A stretch of 64,000 nt of DNA, taken from Camelus dromedarius. Its lineage: Eukaryota. Location of the stretch: contig NC_087452.1 of assembly GCF_036321535.1 (NCBI RefSeq), forward strand, positions 6,076,001-6,140,000. The letters run 5' to 3'. Shown here one piece after another: positions 38,462-52,334 of the stretch; position 1 is the stretch's first letter; each line of letters opens with the position of its first letter. The notes below the pieces were generated by a model, which worked only from the letters and a program-made list of their open reading frames with translations, had not been told where the DNA came from and searched no databases. The translations under genes and the position numbers were made by a program.

Positions 38462-39454
38462 CTGGGGGAGGGTGGGGAGGACAGCAGGGGTCAAGCATTC
38501 TCAAATCCTTCCTATCCTCAGGCTAGTGTGTGAGCCCTCCACCCCATAGGAATGCTTTTCCTCAGCACCTCTCTCCCACCTCAGCACCTTCTGGGAGACC
38601 CCAGGACACTTGCATGTACAAAGGAAAGGGGTAAGGCCTGGGTTCTGCCCCTCTACAAATGTTTTCTGAGTACCTACTATGCTTTGTGCATTGGGGCAGA
38701 TACTGAGAATGACTTGCTGTCCTGGAGGAACACCCCCATTGAATTCCTTAACCTTTCCAAAGGGCGTGCACATTTATGATGTTAAAAAAATTAGCCATAA
38801 TAATAGCAACAACTTCCGTTATCAAGTGCTGGGTATCACGCTGGAGCAAAGTGCTTTAGGTACATTATCACGCTTATTTTTCTCAAGGACCCTGACAACA
38901 ATTCCCCATTTTACAGATGGAGAAAATGAGGGCTTAGAAGAGGTCAAATAAAAACTTGCTCAAGAAAGGACATGATGCTGGGTCACAGCGACTCTTTTCT
39001 CACTGTGTCTTTTGCTAAAATGACCTTTTTATTATAAATAAAAGATAATTTGGGGGGAAAAAAAGGAACAGACATGGTAGAGGTGGGATCTTGCACTGAG
39101 GTCTGGGACACCAAGCCTGTGCTCTTAACCCATAATACTACCCTACCTCATGATTATTTTATTCATCCCTCAAATCCTTCTGGATAAAAATTGTTCCATA
39201 AACAAGAGAAACTTGGAGAGTTGAATGAATTTCTGGAGGTCTTTATAACTACTGAGCTGGAAGCTGAGACCCAAGATTGGGTTTCTGAGCATCAAAAACA
39301 TTCTCTTTTCTCTGGAGGGGGCTGTCTCCTTGCTATACAGTCCCCAGGCACTTCCTCTAGCTTACTTCTCACATCTGACAACTGACATATTTGCTTCTTT
39401 AAGACGACTGCCCCACAGAGCTGCAAGGAAAAACATGTGTGTTTTTGGATACAG

Positions 39455-39650
39455 AATTGTTGTCAAACACTGTGCTAGGTGCAGTCTGTGTATTCCTTTA
39501 ATCAACGCTCGTGACAACGCTGATAGAGGCTACTGTTATCCTATTCAGCGGATTAAGAAACTAAGGCACAGAGAGGCTAAATAATGTGCTCAAGGTCATA
39601 CAGCTAGAAGTCCAGTGCCAGAGCTCAGATTCAGATTCAGGCAGTCTGTC
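39455..39650 (-). mobile_element. MIR SINE
   Basis: aagaaactaaggcacagagaggctaaataatgtgctcaaggtcatacagc. Confidence 0.75.
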
Positions 39651-39968
39651 TCCTGCTGATGGGGTCCTGTTGCAGGAGTTGCACACCTGGGGACAAGAAT
39701 GTGTGCTCTTAATCCCAAGCTACTGTACACTGTATATAGATGTTTTCTGATGAGCCATTGAACCCATGGGGCAAAAAGCACAGGTGCTGACATTTCAGGG
39801 ACAGATAAGGAAGACGAGATATACCTGGGGCTAATCAGATGAGGCAGGGTGGTTCTGGATGAAGGCAGTGTTTGGGAAGGCATGAAGCTCTGAGATGGGA
39901 GACAGGCACCAGGGGAGTCCTGAACAAACCCTTAAAGCTGTTGGAGGGCTTGGGGGCAATCTACTCAC

Positions 39969-40148
39969 CAGCCAGTGCCTGCAGGCTGGGGAAGCCATAG
40001 TAGGTGACATCATCAAGCTGGATGAGCCGAGGTCCGAAGGCCTGGCAGAGCCACTCCACCATGCCAGTGATACGGACAATGTTGTTGTTGGAGGAACAGA
40101 TGAAGGAGAAAAGGCATTCAATGGGGTCCTGTTGCAGGAGTCGCACAC
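39969..40148 (-). CDS. OGG1: OGG1 exon 3 (VRLLQQDP...SSNNNIVR...QALAG)
   Basis: 180 nt; NNN DNA-intercalation motif. Confidence 0.97.
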
Positions 40149-40697
40149 CTGGGGACCAGAAAGCATCTGCTGTTGGGAGTGGCCTCCTCTCATCCTCAGA
40201 TCCTAGGCACCAAGGCTCCAGGGGGATCCCAGGGGAATGAGAGTCAGCTTTATTAGAGATAGGAACACTCGAGCTCTCATTCCTCATAGCATCTTGTGAG
40301 GTCTGGGTTATCATCCCACTCCACAGATGAAGAAGCCACAATGTAAGCACTATGAGGGTGGGGATTTGTGCCTGTTTTGTTCACTGTTGTATCCCCAGTC
40401 ACAAAGAAGATGCTCTGTAAACATTTAAAAGAATGAAAGATGTCACCAGCCCCAGGTCACACAGCCAGGATTTGGCTCAATCTCCTTGTCACTCCACTAT
40501 GGTGGTCAGCAGGACAGTAATAACAATAATAATAATTACTATGTGTCAGGAACTAATCTCAGCACTTTACATGTATTAGCTTCTTTAATCCTTGTAAAAC
40601 TATGAGGTAGAGATAATCCTCATTTTACAGATGGTGAAATTGAGTACCTTAACCAAATTACAACCACCCCAACCCATGCTCCAGGCCCTACACTCAC

Positions 40698-40945
40698 CTT
40701 GGAATTTCTGAGCCACCTTTTGAAAGTGGGGGTCCACGGAACTCCAATGGTGGTACAGTTGAGCTAGGTTGACATCCAGCTGGAAGTACTGTCGCACGGC
40801 CTTTAGCTCTTCCAGTGTGGGTTTGCCAGCCCGGCCCTTGTCCCCTCGGTACACAGTGCAGTAGAGCTGCTCCTCAGTCTGGGTCAGTGTCCATACCTGG
40901 TCCGCCAGCACGCCACTCCAGTGCGCAGGGCTTTGCTCCATCCAC
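40698..40945 (-). CDS. OGG1: OGG1 exon 2 (WMEQSPAHW...QKFQG)
   Basis: 248 nt, ag/gt flanks. Confidence 0.97.
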
Positions 40946-41260
40946 CTGAGCCCCCAGGCACATGGCAGCCCTAGCATTCAGTCCCTTCCTGCACGCTTTG
41001 GGGCCCTCCCACCCTATAGCTGCTCCGTATACAAAACTGATTTACAAATTACAAAAAATGCTTTCTTTTACATCGATTATATAATTTAATGATCGCAACA
41101 AAATTGCGCAGGCTTACTACCTGCGTAATTATATAGGAGGTAAACAGGGTCACTACCCGTGCCTTAGTCTCTTGTATCCCATAGTTTCCTTCTATTACCC
41201 ACAACGTTCCTTTGCACCCCTGATCTGCAGTAGTAGGAGTCAGGAGCCAGGACCACTCAC

Positions 41261-41397
41261 CGGAAAGACTGTCCAGAAGCCAGAATCAGGTCCAGACGCA
41301 GCTCAGTGCGTGGACAGGGGATGGAGGCCCACAGAGCAGGGACGGAGGCTAGAGTACGATGCCCCATGCTACCCGGCAGAAGGGAGAGGGCTAACAT
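41261..41397 (-). CDS. OGG1: OGG1 exon 1 coding part ([14 protein letters not shown]...SGQSFR)
   Basis: 137 nt, gtgagt donor. Confidence 0.95.
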
Positions 41398-42450
41398 TTC
41401 CACGTCTGGACCCGCCCCATTACGGACCCGCCCACTCAGAACAGCTCCTCTCGCAGCCAAGAGACCACACCCCCACTTAGGCCACGCTTCTCAAAGCCAC
41501 GCCCACCAAGTCCTGGACTCTGAATTCTTAAGGCCCGCCCAGTTTTATTTAATTCCTCCACTCCCCGCAGGCCCCGCCCCTTGCCGTCTCCCAAAGCCCC
41601 GTCCCCTCCAACTCTGGCCCACCTCCTGTCCCGACCCTCCCGCCTTTCTCCTTTTGTAGGCTCCCCCTCCTCCACCGTCTCGAAGCTCTAACCACTGTCC
41701 CTCGAGCTGCAGTGAATTTAGGAAGCACGCTAGAGAGTACTCTTCCGGTTTCTCCGGGGTCCAACCACTCCCTCACCGGAAGTAGGGCTCAAGCCCGGCT
41801 AATTGGATCCAAAGGTAACCAATCCGCGGAGGAATAAGAGGGGCCAATGAGAATCCGGCTTGGCGGCGAGTGGGCAGGCCTTTCCTTGGCGCCTCAGCTG
41901 TTGGCGCGCGACGGGCTCGCTGCCCGCCCTTGGCCTCAGGGTTTGTCTGCACTCGGCACGCCGTGGTGTCCGGTCCCCGCGCCCTCAGGCCCCAGCCCTC
42001 ATTGCCTCATCTCAGAGCCGTGGGATTACTCAGGGCCTGCCGGCCCGCAGAACCAAGTCCTATCCCCCGCTGACCTCAGGGAGCTTTCCTCACCGAGCCT
42101 CTCCAGGCCGATGCTCGCCCTCTTCAGTCCGCCTCCCATGAACCCCCTCTGGGCCTGCTGAGCCCCTGCGGTGTCTCCATAGCGTCGGGCTCCTGAGGAT
42201 TCTGCCTTCGTGCTCGTGCGCTGAGCTGGCCCCCTCCGAGGCCTCTTCCTGAGCAGCGTTAGGCCTCCTCACAGACTACACCCGTCAGAAGCCTGCCTCC
42301 TCGGACTGTCCTGTCCAGGGACTGTCCCGCCTTCCGGCTGCCACGGCTGCTTCTTTCCTTCTAGGGCCTCCCTGCCTCGCACCCCCCTGACGACTGGGGC
42401 ATGTGTAGGAACTGGGCCCGGCAGCCCAGGGAGGCTACAGGACCACGGAC
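41300..42450. promoter_or_regulatory. OGG1 promoter CpG island with three CCAAT boxes and an ETS site
   Basis: ATTGG at 41802-41806, CCAAT at 41819-41823 and 41844-41848, CCGGAAGT at 41776-41783; no TATA box seen. Confidence 0.85.
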
Positions 42451-43004
42451 CAGTGTGTGCCCCGGGGTAGCCCAGTTGCCAGGGCCGGCTGCCTGGCCCA
42501 GGAAAGATTATGTAATTTCCTCCCTTCTGGAGAAAGACACAAAAAACAAGGAGACAAGAACTCCATTTGAGTGTTTTTCCCCTTCTAGCCCAGTGACTTC
42601 TGAATGACTAGATTGCACATTCCTTAAGGGCAAGATTGGCAGCTGATTTATCTTTGTGTCCCACCCATCCAAAGCTCCTAGCTGGGGCCCCCTGGGAGCC
42701 TGGAAGAAGCTGCAAGGCCCCGGGACAGCTGCTTCCTGTGGTTATTTCATCTGTAGGCATGCCAGCCCACAGGTGGCCCAGCGCTTGGAGAGCATTTCTC
42801 CAATAAATGTTTAAATTGGAAGAGAAGGTGTCAAGGTTGGGAATGAACAAAACCTGCTTGGTCCCAAGCTAAAAGGAGGTCACAGCTATAGTGATTCTGA
42901 AGCAGCACTTGGACCATCCACTGGCAAGGCCTTGAAGCATCTGCAGTTTATGAAAGAATGGGCAGTACGCTCTGCCAGCAGATCCGCATACTGGTTAAAG
43001 AGCT

Positions 43005-43240
43005 AGCTTTTCAGACAAACAGACTTGAGTTCAAATCCTAGCTCTGTAACTTCCTAGTTGTGGGAACTTAGGCAAGTTACTCAATTTTTCTAGACCTCAG
43101 TGTCTTTGTGGAGACAACTACCCTATTACCCTGCCCCAATTATTGCAAGGATTATACAAAACTATACCTAAAGGTGCTTCAGCACAGGGTCTACCACTCA
43201 GTTAAGTGCATGGGAAGTAGGAGCTCTCATATTATCTTTG
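43005..43240 (+). mobile_element. MIR SINE
   Basis: gagttcaaatcctagctctgtaac...ttaggcaagttactc. Confidence 0.75.
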
Positions 43241-44042
43241 CTGTTATCTTATAAATGCAGCAGGCACAGTAGTCAGCAACCACTTGGGCCCAATTATTTA
43301 CCATCCCTGGGAGACTGAACCTACCTTTTCATCTCTTTGCCTTGGCAGAAAGCAAGAACCAAGAATTCCAAACAGACCATTCATTTTCTAAGAATCAATA
43401 TATTTTCTTCCTTTGAAATAAATACAAACCAGTTTGAAAGGTGGGGGAATCTATGGGAAGAAGGGAAGTGGGGACAGGCCCCTGTATTTTTTAGTACCAA
43501 ATGACTCTGGCGCGACCCGGAAACGCAGTTACAAATGAGAATAATTTAAATTCTCCGCTAATTACAGTATTTACAACAGCAGGGGAGGGGGTCACCTAGT
43601 GCCCCTCTTCCGGGCTGGACAGACATCAATCCCACTGCTAGGCTGGGCAGATGCCCCCTCACCTTACCACCTCAGAGGCCTCAGGCCACTAGGCGGTTAG
43701 GGATTCTCCTGGCACGAGCAGGCATAGGTGATGGGATGGCCTGTTTTACGCAGTGTCCTAACCTTGGCCCACCACCCTGCGCTACAATGCCGTGAGGTCT
43801 CTGGAGCTTTCTGGCCTGTGGGACCTCCTCTCTCATTGCGTGGAGCNNNNNNNNNNNNNNNNNNNNNNNNNNNNNNNNNNNNNNNNNNNNNNNNNNNNNN
43901 NNNNNNNNNNNNNNNNNNNNNNNNNNNNNNNNNNNNNNNNNNNNNNNNNNNNNNNNNNNNNNNNNNNNNNNNNNNNNNNNNNNNNNNNNNNNNNNNNNNN
44001 NNNNGTGGCAGGGCACTGTGGGTTGGGTTGTGCTGGACAGTA

Positions 44043-44261
<219 letters not shown>

Positions 44262-44933
44262 TTATCTGTAGGAAAGTAACAAGCACCAGCCTTCTTCACT
44301 TGATCATTCATTCAGAACCACCTTCTGAGTGCCCAGTCTGGGCCAGGCTCTGGTGGGAATTACAGAAACCAAGAGAGGCAGTCCATGCCCTTAAGGAACT
44401 GCTTAGCCTAGTGATGAAAAAGCCCAGTCAACAGTCACACTGGGGGGTAACCACAGGGTATTTATGGGTGAAAAAAGGAGCCCTGACCTAACCTGAAATA
44501 GGTGCCCTGTCTTGTGGGCTCCAGGCAGACTAAACTGACAATAAATATCCTCTACAATTAACAAGAGCAAAAGACTACATACATAATGTGATGGAACAGG
44601 GATTCAGAGCCTGAAAGCTTCTGCCTGCTTTATCCCTGTCTTGTTACCATGGAGGCAGAGGTAGGAACACTAAGTCTAGAAGCCACTTTAGGTGGGGAGC
44701 CACCCCCACATTTATCACAGTCACTTGGTTTCTAGCTACAGCTGTCTGTCAGCTGCTGCTCACTCAGTCTCTCAGACTTGTGGACAAGACTTGCTCAAAG
44801 ATCTAAGTCCTTCCCCCAATGACTTATAGATAGCCCAGTCTGTCTGTTGCTGGAGTTTTCTGGCAGCCTGCCCCCATACCCAGAGTTGCATCTGTGGCTG
44901 TGAGTCACACCAAATGCTCCACTCCTCCCTNNN

Positions 44934-45088
44934 NNNNNNNNNNNNNNNNNNNNNNNNNNNNNNNNNNNNNNNNNNNNNNNNNNNNNNNNNNNNNNNNNNN
45001 NNNNNNNNNNNNNNNNNNNNNNNNNNNNNNNNNNNNNNNNNNNNNNNNNNNNNNNNNNNNNNNNNNNNNNNNNNNNNNGATCAATGAT
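44934..45088 (-). CDS. BRPF1: BRPF1 exon 13 (IIDP...; PWWP), mostly masked
   Basis: ttag|ATC ATT GAT visible; the expected 155-nt length places the donor at the N-block edge. Confidence 0.85.
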
Positions 45089-45437
45089 CTAAGGGTGTAA
45101 TAAGACCTTGGTTTAGTTCAGTCTCCTTCCCCAAGGCTTACCCTATCCAAGAATTTCCAGATTACCTCTGAAGTGGAGACAGAAAAAGATTATCATACAA
45201 CTAGGGCTGCAATGCTCACCCTTGGCTTCTTCCCAGGCTGAACTATTTCAGAGCCCAAGGGCCAAAGGGAAGAAAAAGAGAAAGATGGAGCAACTAACCA
45301 GGGACCTCTCAGTGTCTGTCTGCCAAATACCTCTGTGTTCTGCTGCTCAGCAGAGAGTAGGAAAAGTCTGCTAATTCTGAGTCTGTGTCATGAGGTTAGA
45401 AGGCAAGAGGTATGACAAAAAAAAAGCAGAAGCCTAC

Positions 45438-45556
45438 CAGAGCTGGGTACGATGGATACCCTCGGCATTTGGCCCACACCAGGTCCAGAGCATCCAGGGG
45501 GGAGTCCTCATCCTCTGACAGCCAGCCAGCTCCACGGCCCAGACTCTTCCTCACCA
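45438..45556 (-). CDS. BRPF1: BRPF1 exon 12 (VRKSLGRG...YPSYPAL)
   Basis: 119 nt, start of PWWP domain. Confidence 0.95.
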
Positions 45557-45658
45557 CTTCACAGGAATGGGAGAGAGGGGGCGGATCAGCAGCCAGGGGG
45601 CTGATAAGGCCCTGACACTGAGCCCCCGGCATCCCTGGCTTTGGGCGGGCGTACTTAC

Positions 45659-45795
45659 TGCTGTGGCCCACGCCGCGGCCAGTGCCCACGGAGTAGGCCT
45701 CATTCTCAGTGCCTGAGGTGTCTTCACTGCTGTCCTCTGGGAATGTGCCCCGAGAGAAGGAGGGCTTGCCCCGGCCTTGTTTTGAGGGCGTTGTG
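45659..45795 (-). CDS. BRPF1: BRPF1 exon 11 ([10 protein letters not shown]...GVGHS)
   Basis: 137 nt, gtaagt donor. Confidence 0.95.
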
Positions 45796-46370
45796 CTGTG
45801 GACAAACCAGAAACTCAACTCAAAGAATGGGAAGATGTAGGGGGAATGCCATGGTGGGTATCCTCTCTTCTCTAAGCCCCCAGGGTCTAAGACTTCTGGA
45901 AAGCAGAGGCTAACTGAAGAATTTCAAACTCACAGCCCTCAGGGACTTGGGGTTGATATGACTGACGTGGGCTGGAATTAGCAGTAGTGATGCCCTATCT
46001 TAAGGCAACACTAGTCAGAATTGAAGATGTGGGTATATGCTACTCAGCCAGATCTGATTTTTAAAGAGAATACAGAAACTGGGAATTTTATATGGTACTT
46101 CTGGATTCACTAAAAAAAAACAACAACAACAAAAAAACCATGCCGGCCAAACAAAATACGTCTGCAGGACAAATCCAGGCCACAAGGCATCAGTTTATGC
46201 CCTCTGTTCTAAAATATGGGCTTAACCCTGGATGGTCCCCTGTGTTCCATTAGGGTGACAGTCTCAACTATTCCATTTATTTTGCAGAGAACCTTTGGCT
46301 TGAGCCACCTTAATCTAAGCTGGGACGGCTGCCACCGCACTCCCCGTAAGGAAATCTGGAAGGGCATCCC

Positions 46371-46566
46371 NNNNNNNNNNNNNNNNNNNNNNNNNNNNNN
46401 NNNNNNNNNNNNNNNNNNNNNNNNNNNNNNNNNNNNNNNNNNNNNNNNNNNNNNNNNNNNNNNNNNNNNNNNNNNNNNNNNNNNNNNNNNNNNNNNNNNN
46501 NNNNNNNNNNNNNNNNNNNNNNNNNNNNNNNNNNNNNNNNNNNNNNNNNNNNNNNNNNNNNNNNNN
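46371..46566 (-). CDS. BRPF1: BRPF1 exon 10 (about 148 nt, Ser-rich) expected inside this N block; coordinates are those of the block
   Basis: Required by phase and orthology; a polypyrimidine tract abuts the block. Confidence 0.6.
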
Positions 46567-47040
46567 GAGGAGGGAAGGAATCGGTCAGGAAGATGTAGAT
46601 CAGAGATCTACTGGGGATAAGAGGGGCTTAGAGCTTGGCTTTCCCTTCTGTGCTGGAAAATTCCTCCAACCTTGGCCAGCAGAGCTAGTGCTGGGCAGTG
46701 TCCACCACAGCTGGCCACAGCCCTGCCCCACCCCTCACACTTCCCTTGGCAGTTATTGGCCTTAGGACACAAATGGCTTAAAGGGCAGGAGATTCCCCAA
46801 CGAGGATAAGAAGAGAAAAGGTAAAGTGATACAATGGAGGGGGCCCTGGATGGGAATCAAGCTGGGTCAGTGTCTCTGGGCTTCAGTTTCCCCATCTGTA
46901 AAACGGAGGAATTAAAGGATTCCTAAGGGTCCTTATAGCACTGACATACTACGGGCAAATAAGGGATAGGTGGGAGTTATATTGGAAAGAATGGCAGCTC
47001 TGCTAACTCTACTGGGGGGCTGGGTGAAGGAGAGGCTCAC

Positions 47041-47325
47041 CCATTGGGGGGTCTTCTGTGGATTTATCACTGTCGCTGTCTGAACTCGAACNNNNNNNNN
47101 NNNNNNNNNNNNNNNNNNNNNNNNNNNNNNNNNNNNNNNNNNNNNNNNNNNNNNNNNNNNNNNNNNNNNNNNNNNNNNNNNNNNNNNNNNNNNNNNNNNN
47201 NNNNNNNNNNNNNNNNNNNNNNNNNNNNNNNNNNNNNNNNNNNNNNNNNNNNNNNNNNNNNNNNNNNNNNNNNNNNNNNNNNNNNNNNNNNNNNNNNNNN
47301 NNNNNNNNNNNNNNNNNNNNNNNNN
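47041..47325 (-). CDS. BRPF1: BRPF1 exon 9 (...SSDSDSDKSTEDPPM), mostly masked
   Basis: 3' end and gtgagc donor visible; start inferred. Confidence 0.85.
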
Positions 47326-47623
47326 NNNNNNNNNNNNNNNNNNNNNNNNNNGTTGGTGAGGGGCCTGGTATGGGAAGGGCATATGTCCAGGGTATGCCCT
47401 GGGTGTGTAGGACTGTAAGTCCAGCTAGACTTGAGGAGATAATTTGAGGGGCAGGAAGCTGGGAACATTGTCTCACACAAAGAGCCAGAGAGGCAGCTAA
47501 GAGGCCCCTAGTTGGGGAATGAGGGGAAAGTGCAGCTAGCTGTGCAGGAGGGACCTCTGCCCAGGGGATGGCAGGGGCCAAGAGTCTGCTGCAGAGTCAA
47601 AGTCTGGCTGGCCTTGGGGTCTA

Positions 47624-47992
<369 letters not shown>

Positions 47993-48289
47993 TCAGGCTC
48001 AGGGCAGCCCTCTGGGCCCCTTAAACCTGGGCAGGCAGCAAGAAACCCACTCTTCTCCCTTCCGCTTCTGACCAGGAACGGCTGTAAAACAGCAGCACCA
48101 AGATGTGGAATGGTGAGGATTGCTGTCCATTCACCTAGTCTGGCTTCCTGGACAGCATTCCTGGGGATAGCTTGCCACTGCTCAGCCTAGCTGCTTCCTG
48201 CCTATACTGCCTGCTCCCAGGAGGGGACTTTTGGAAAGCTGTTCATCCCTGGCATTGGCCTCTATGGGTGTGTGTGACTTTTCACCCAC

Positions 48290-48599
48290 CATCTTCGGCA
48301 TNNNNNNNNNNNNNNNNNNNNNNNNNNNNNNNNNNNNNNNNNNNNNNNNNNNNNNNNNNNNNNNNNNNNNNNNNNNNNNNNNNNNNNNNNNNNNNNNNNN
48401 NNNNNNNNNNNNNNNNNNNNNNNNNNNNNNNNNNNNNNNNNNNNNNNNNNNNNNNNNNNNNNNNNNNNNNNNNNNNNNNNNNNNNNNNNNNNNNNNNNNN
48501 NNNNNNNNNNNNNNNNNNNNNNNNNNNNNNNNNNNNNNNNNNNNNNNNNNNNNNNNNNNNNNNNNNNNNNNNNNNNNNNNNNNNNNNNNNNNNNNNNNN
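48290..48599 (-). CDS. BRPF1: BRPF1 exon 7 (bromodomain), mostly masked
   Basis: GCC GAA GAT G|gtgggt visible; start inferred from length. Confidence 0.8.
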
Positions 48600-49398
48600 N
48601 NNNNNNNNNACGGCAGGTGTAGCTAAGTGGAGGTATGCTCCTCACTCCCCCAAACCCCTGTTCCTCACAACACCCCCCTGGAATGTATCCAGCAAACTCC
48701 TCCCACCACAGTTAGAGGCAGGCCTACAGCTCAGGGGAAAGGAAAGCTGGATTCTAGTCCTGACTTTACTAGTCACAAGCTATGTGAACTTGGCAAGTCT
48801 GTTAACCTCTCTGGGCCTTCTTTTCCTCACCTGGAAAACAGTAATGAAATTACAGCTCTATCTACCTCCTAGAGCCACATGAGGCTTTAGCAAGAAAATG
48901 GCTACAGGAATCCTCTGGAAATACCACCACCTTGTATTCCTATAGCTCTTTTAACTTATCATTGACATTTATAGGAAGGCTGCTGCCTCAGGCTTCTCGT
49001 TTTATACCTTTTAGAGAGAAGAGTCTGCCAGTCAGGACCTAGGGCTTCAGAGATGGTTCTTTAGGTGCTGAGCCTTCTAAATTCTCCGTTCTAGGGTTCA
49101 GCACCTGGAAAGTGTCTTCCTGCCCTGGGATTATTCATTTGGCAGACTCAGTCCCTGCCTCTGGGGTAGGAGTGCAGATTGCCTCCTATTCTGGGCCTTG
49201 AGGTATGACAGGGACAAGACAGAGTCCAGGTGATGCATGTGGCTCCAGTCCATTCTGGAGCCCCAGAGCCACCAGCCCCTCTCTTCAAGGCCCCNNNNNN
49301 NNNNNNNNNNNNNNNNNNNNNNNNNNNNNNNNNNNNNNNNNNNNNNNNNNNNNNNNNNNNNNNNNNNNNNNNNNNNNNNNNNNNNNNNNNNNNNNNNN

Positions 49399-49548
<150 letters not shown>

Positions 49549-49724
49549 TCAGCCAGGCCTGGGCCAGTCCCTTGGCAGAGAGGTCTGAGGAGATGGTTGC
49601 AGCTGATTTGGGAACTCGCCTTCCTTCCACCCCCTGCAGCTAGGTTTACGTGACCACTCTGGACTTTCCCTCTCTTAACACCCAACACCAGCTACCTGCC
49701 TCACATAATTTAGGATTCCGTTCA

Positions 49725-50141
<417 letters not shown>

Positions 50142-50350
50142 TTATTGGCAGGCTCGCCAACTGAAGTCGGTGCTTGGAATGTGCATGTTGTGAATGAATG
50201 GATGAACACCTAGGAACAATGTGTTTCTGTAAGGGTTGCATCCTGAGCCTGGTTTGAGGGTTAGCTTAAAGGAGGAAAAAGCCCAAGCCCTCAGACACTG
50301 GAAACTACAGTCACAAATCTCAGTCCTCGTCCCCCCGGCACTGGCTCCTA

Positions 50351-50710
<360 letters not shown>

Positions 50711-51203
50711 TCAACGGCCTTCAGTGGACAGGAAGCCAAGCTCCCAGCACTAAGCCAGATCCCAAACCCTGTTCACCAAGGGGGTCAGGGAGCTTGGCCC
50801 CTATGAGTGCTCTTGTCACTGAAGCCCAGAGTTCTATCTGACCCTGGGAGACCCAACTCAGACTGAGCCTGGGAGGCTTTTAAGATGCAGTACTACTGCA
50901 CAGCAGTAAACTACAGGAAATCGGCTAGAGAGCGCAAGAGAAAGTCAAAAACATCACAGCCCTCATTTGGACTTATTTGTGGCGGTAACCATTTCACAAC
51001 TCCTTGCGTGTTTCCTTCCCCCTTTTTTGTTCCACTTTTCCCTTCAGAGTCAGACAACTACTTCTGTTGGGCTGGGGCTATTCTATCTTTTCTCCCAACT
51101 TAAACCACACCATCAAAATGGAAGGCAGTTTAAAACACCTGTTAGCTCTTCCAGATGAAGTTTCTGGTTCCTAATGTAAAAGTCAAGTGACCTGCTAGAT
51201 CTA

Positions 51204-52334
<1,131 letters not shown>

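Noticed and set aside
41398-41460. N-terminal extension MAARGAV... of OGG1 in the ORF track
   Set aside because: Starts at TTG, an alternative-start artefact of the ORF caller.
49095-49115. REST/RE1 site TTCAGCACC
   Set aside because: Left half only; the GGACAG half is absent.
50880-51060. Splice-acceptor-like tracts on both strands in BRPF1 intron 3
   Set aside because: No convincing partner donor found.
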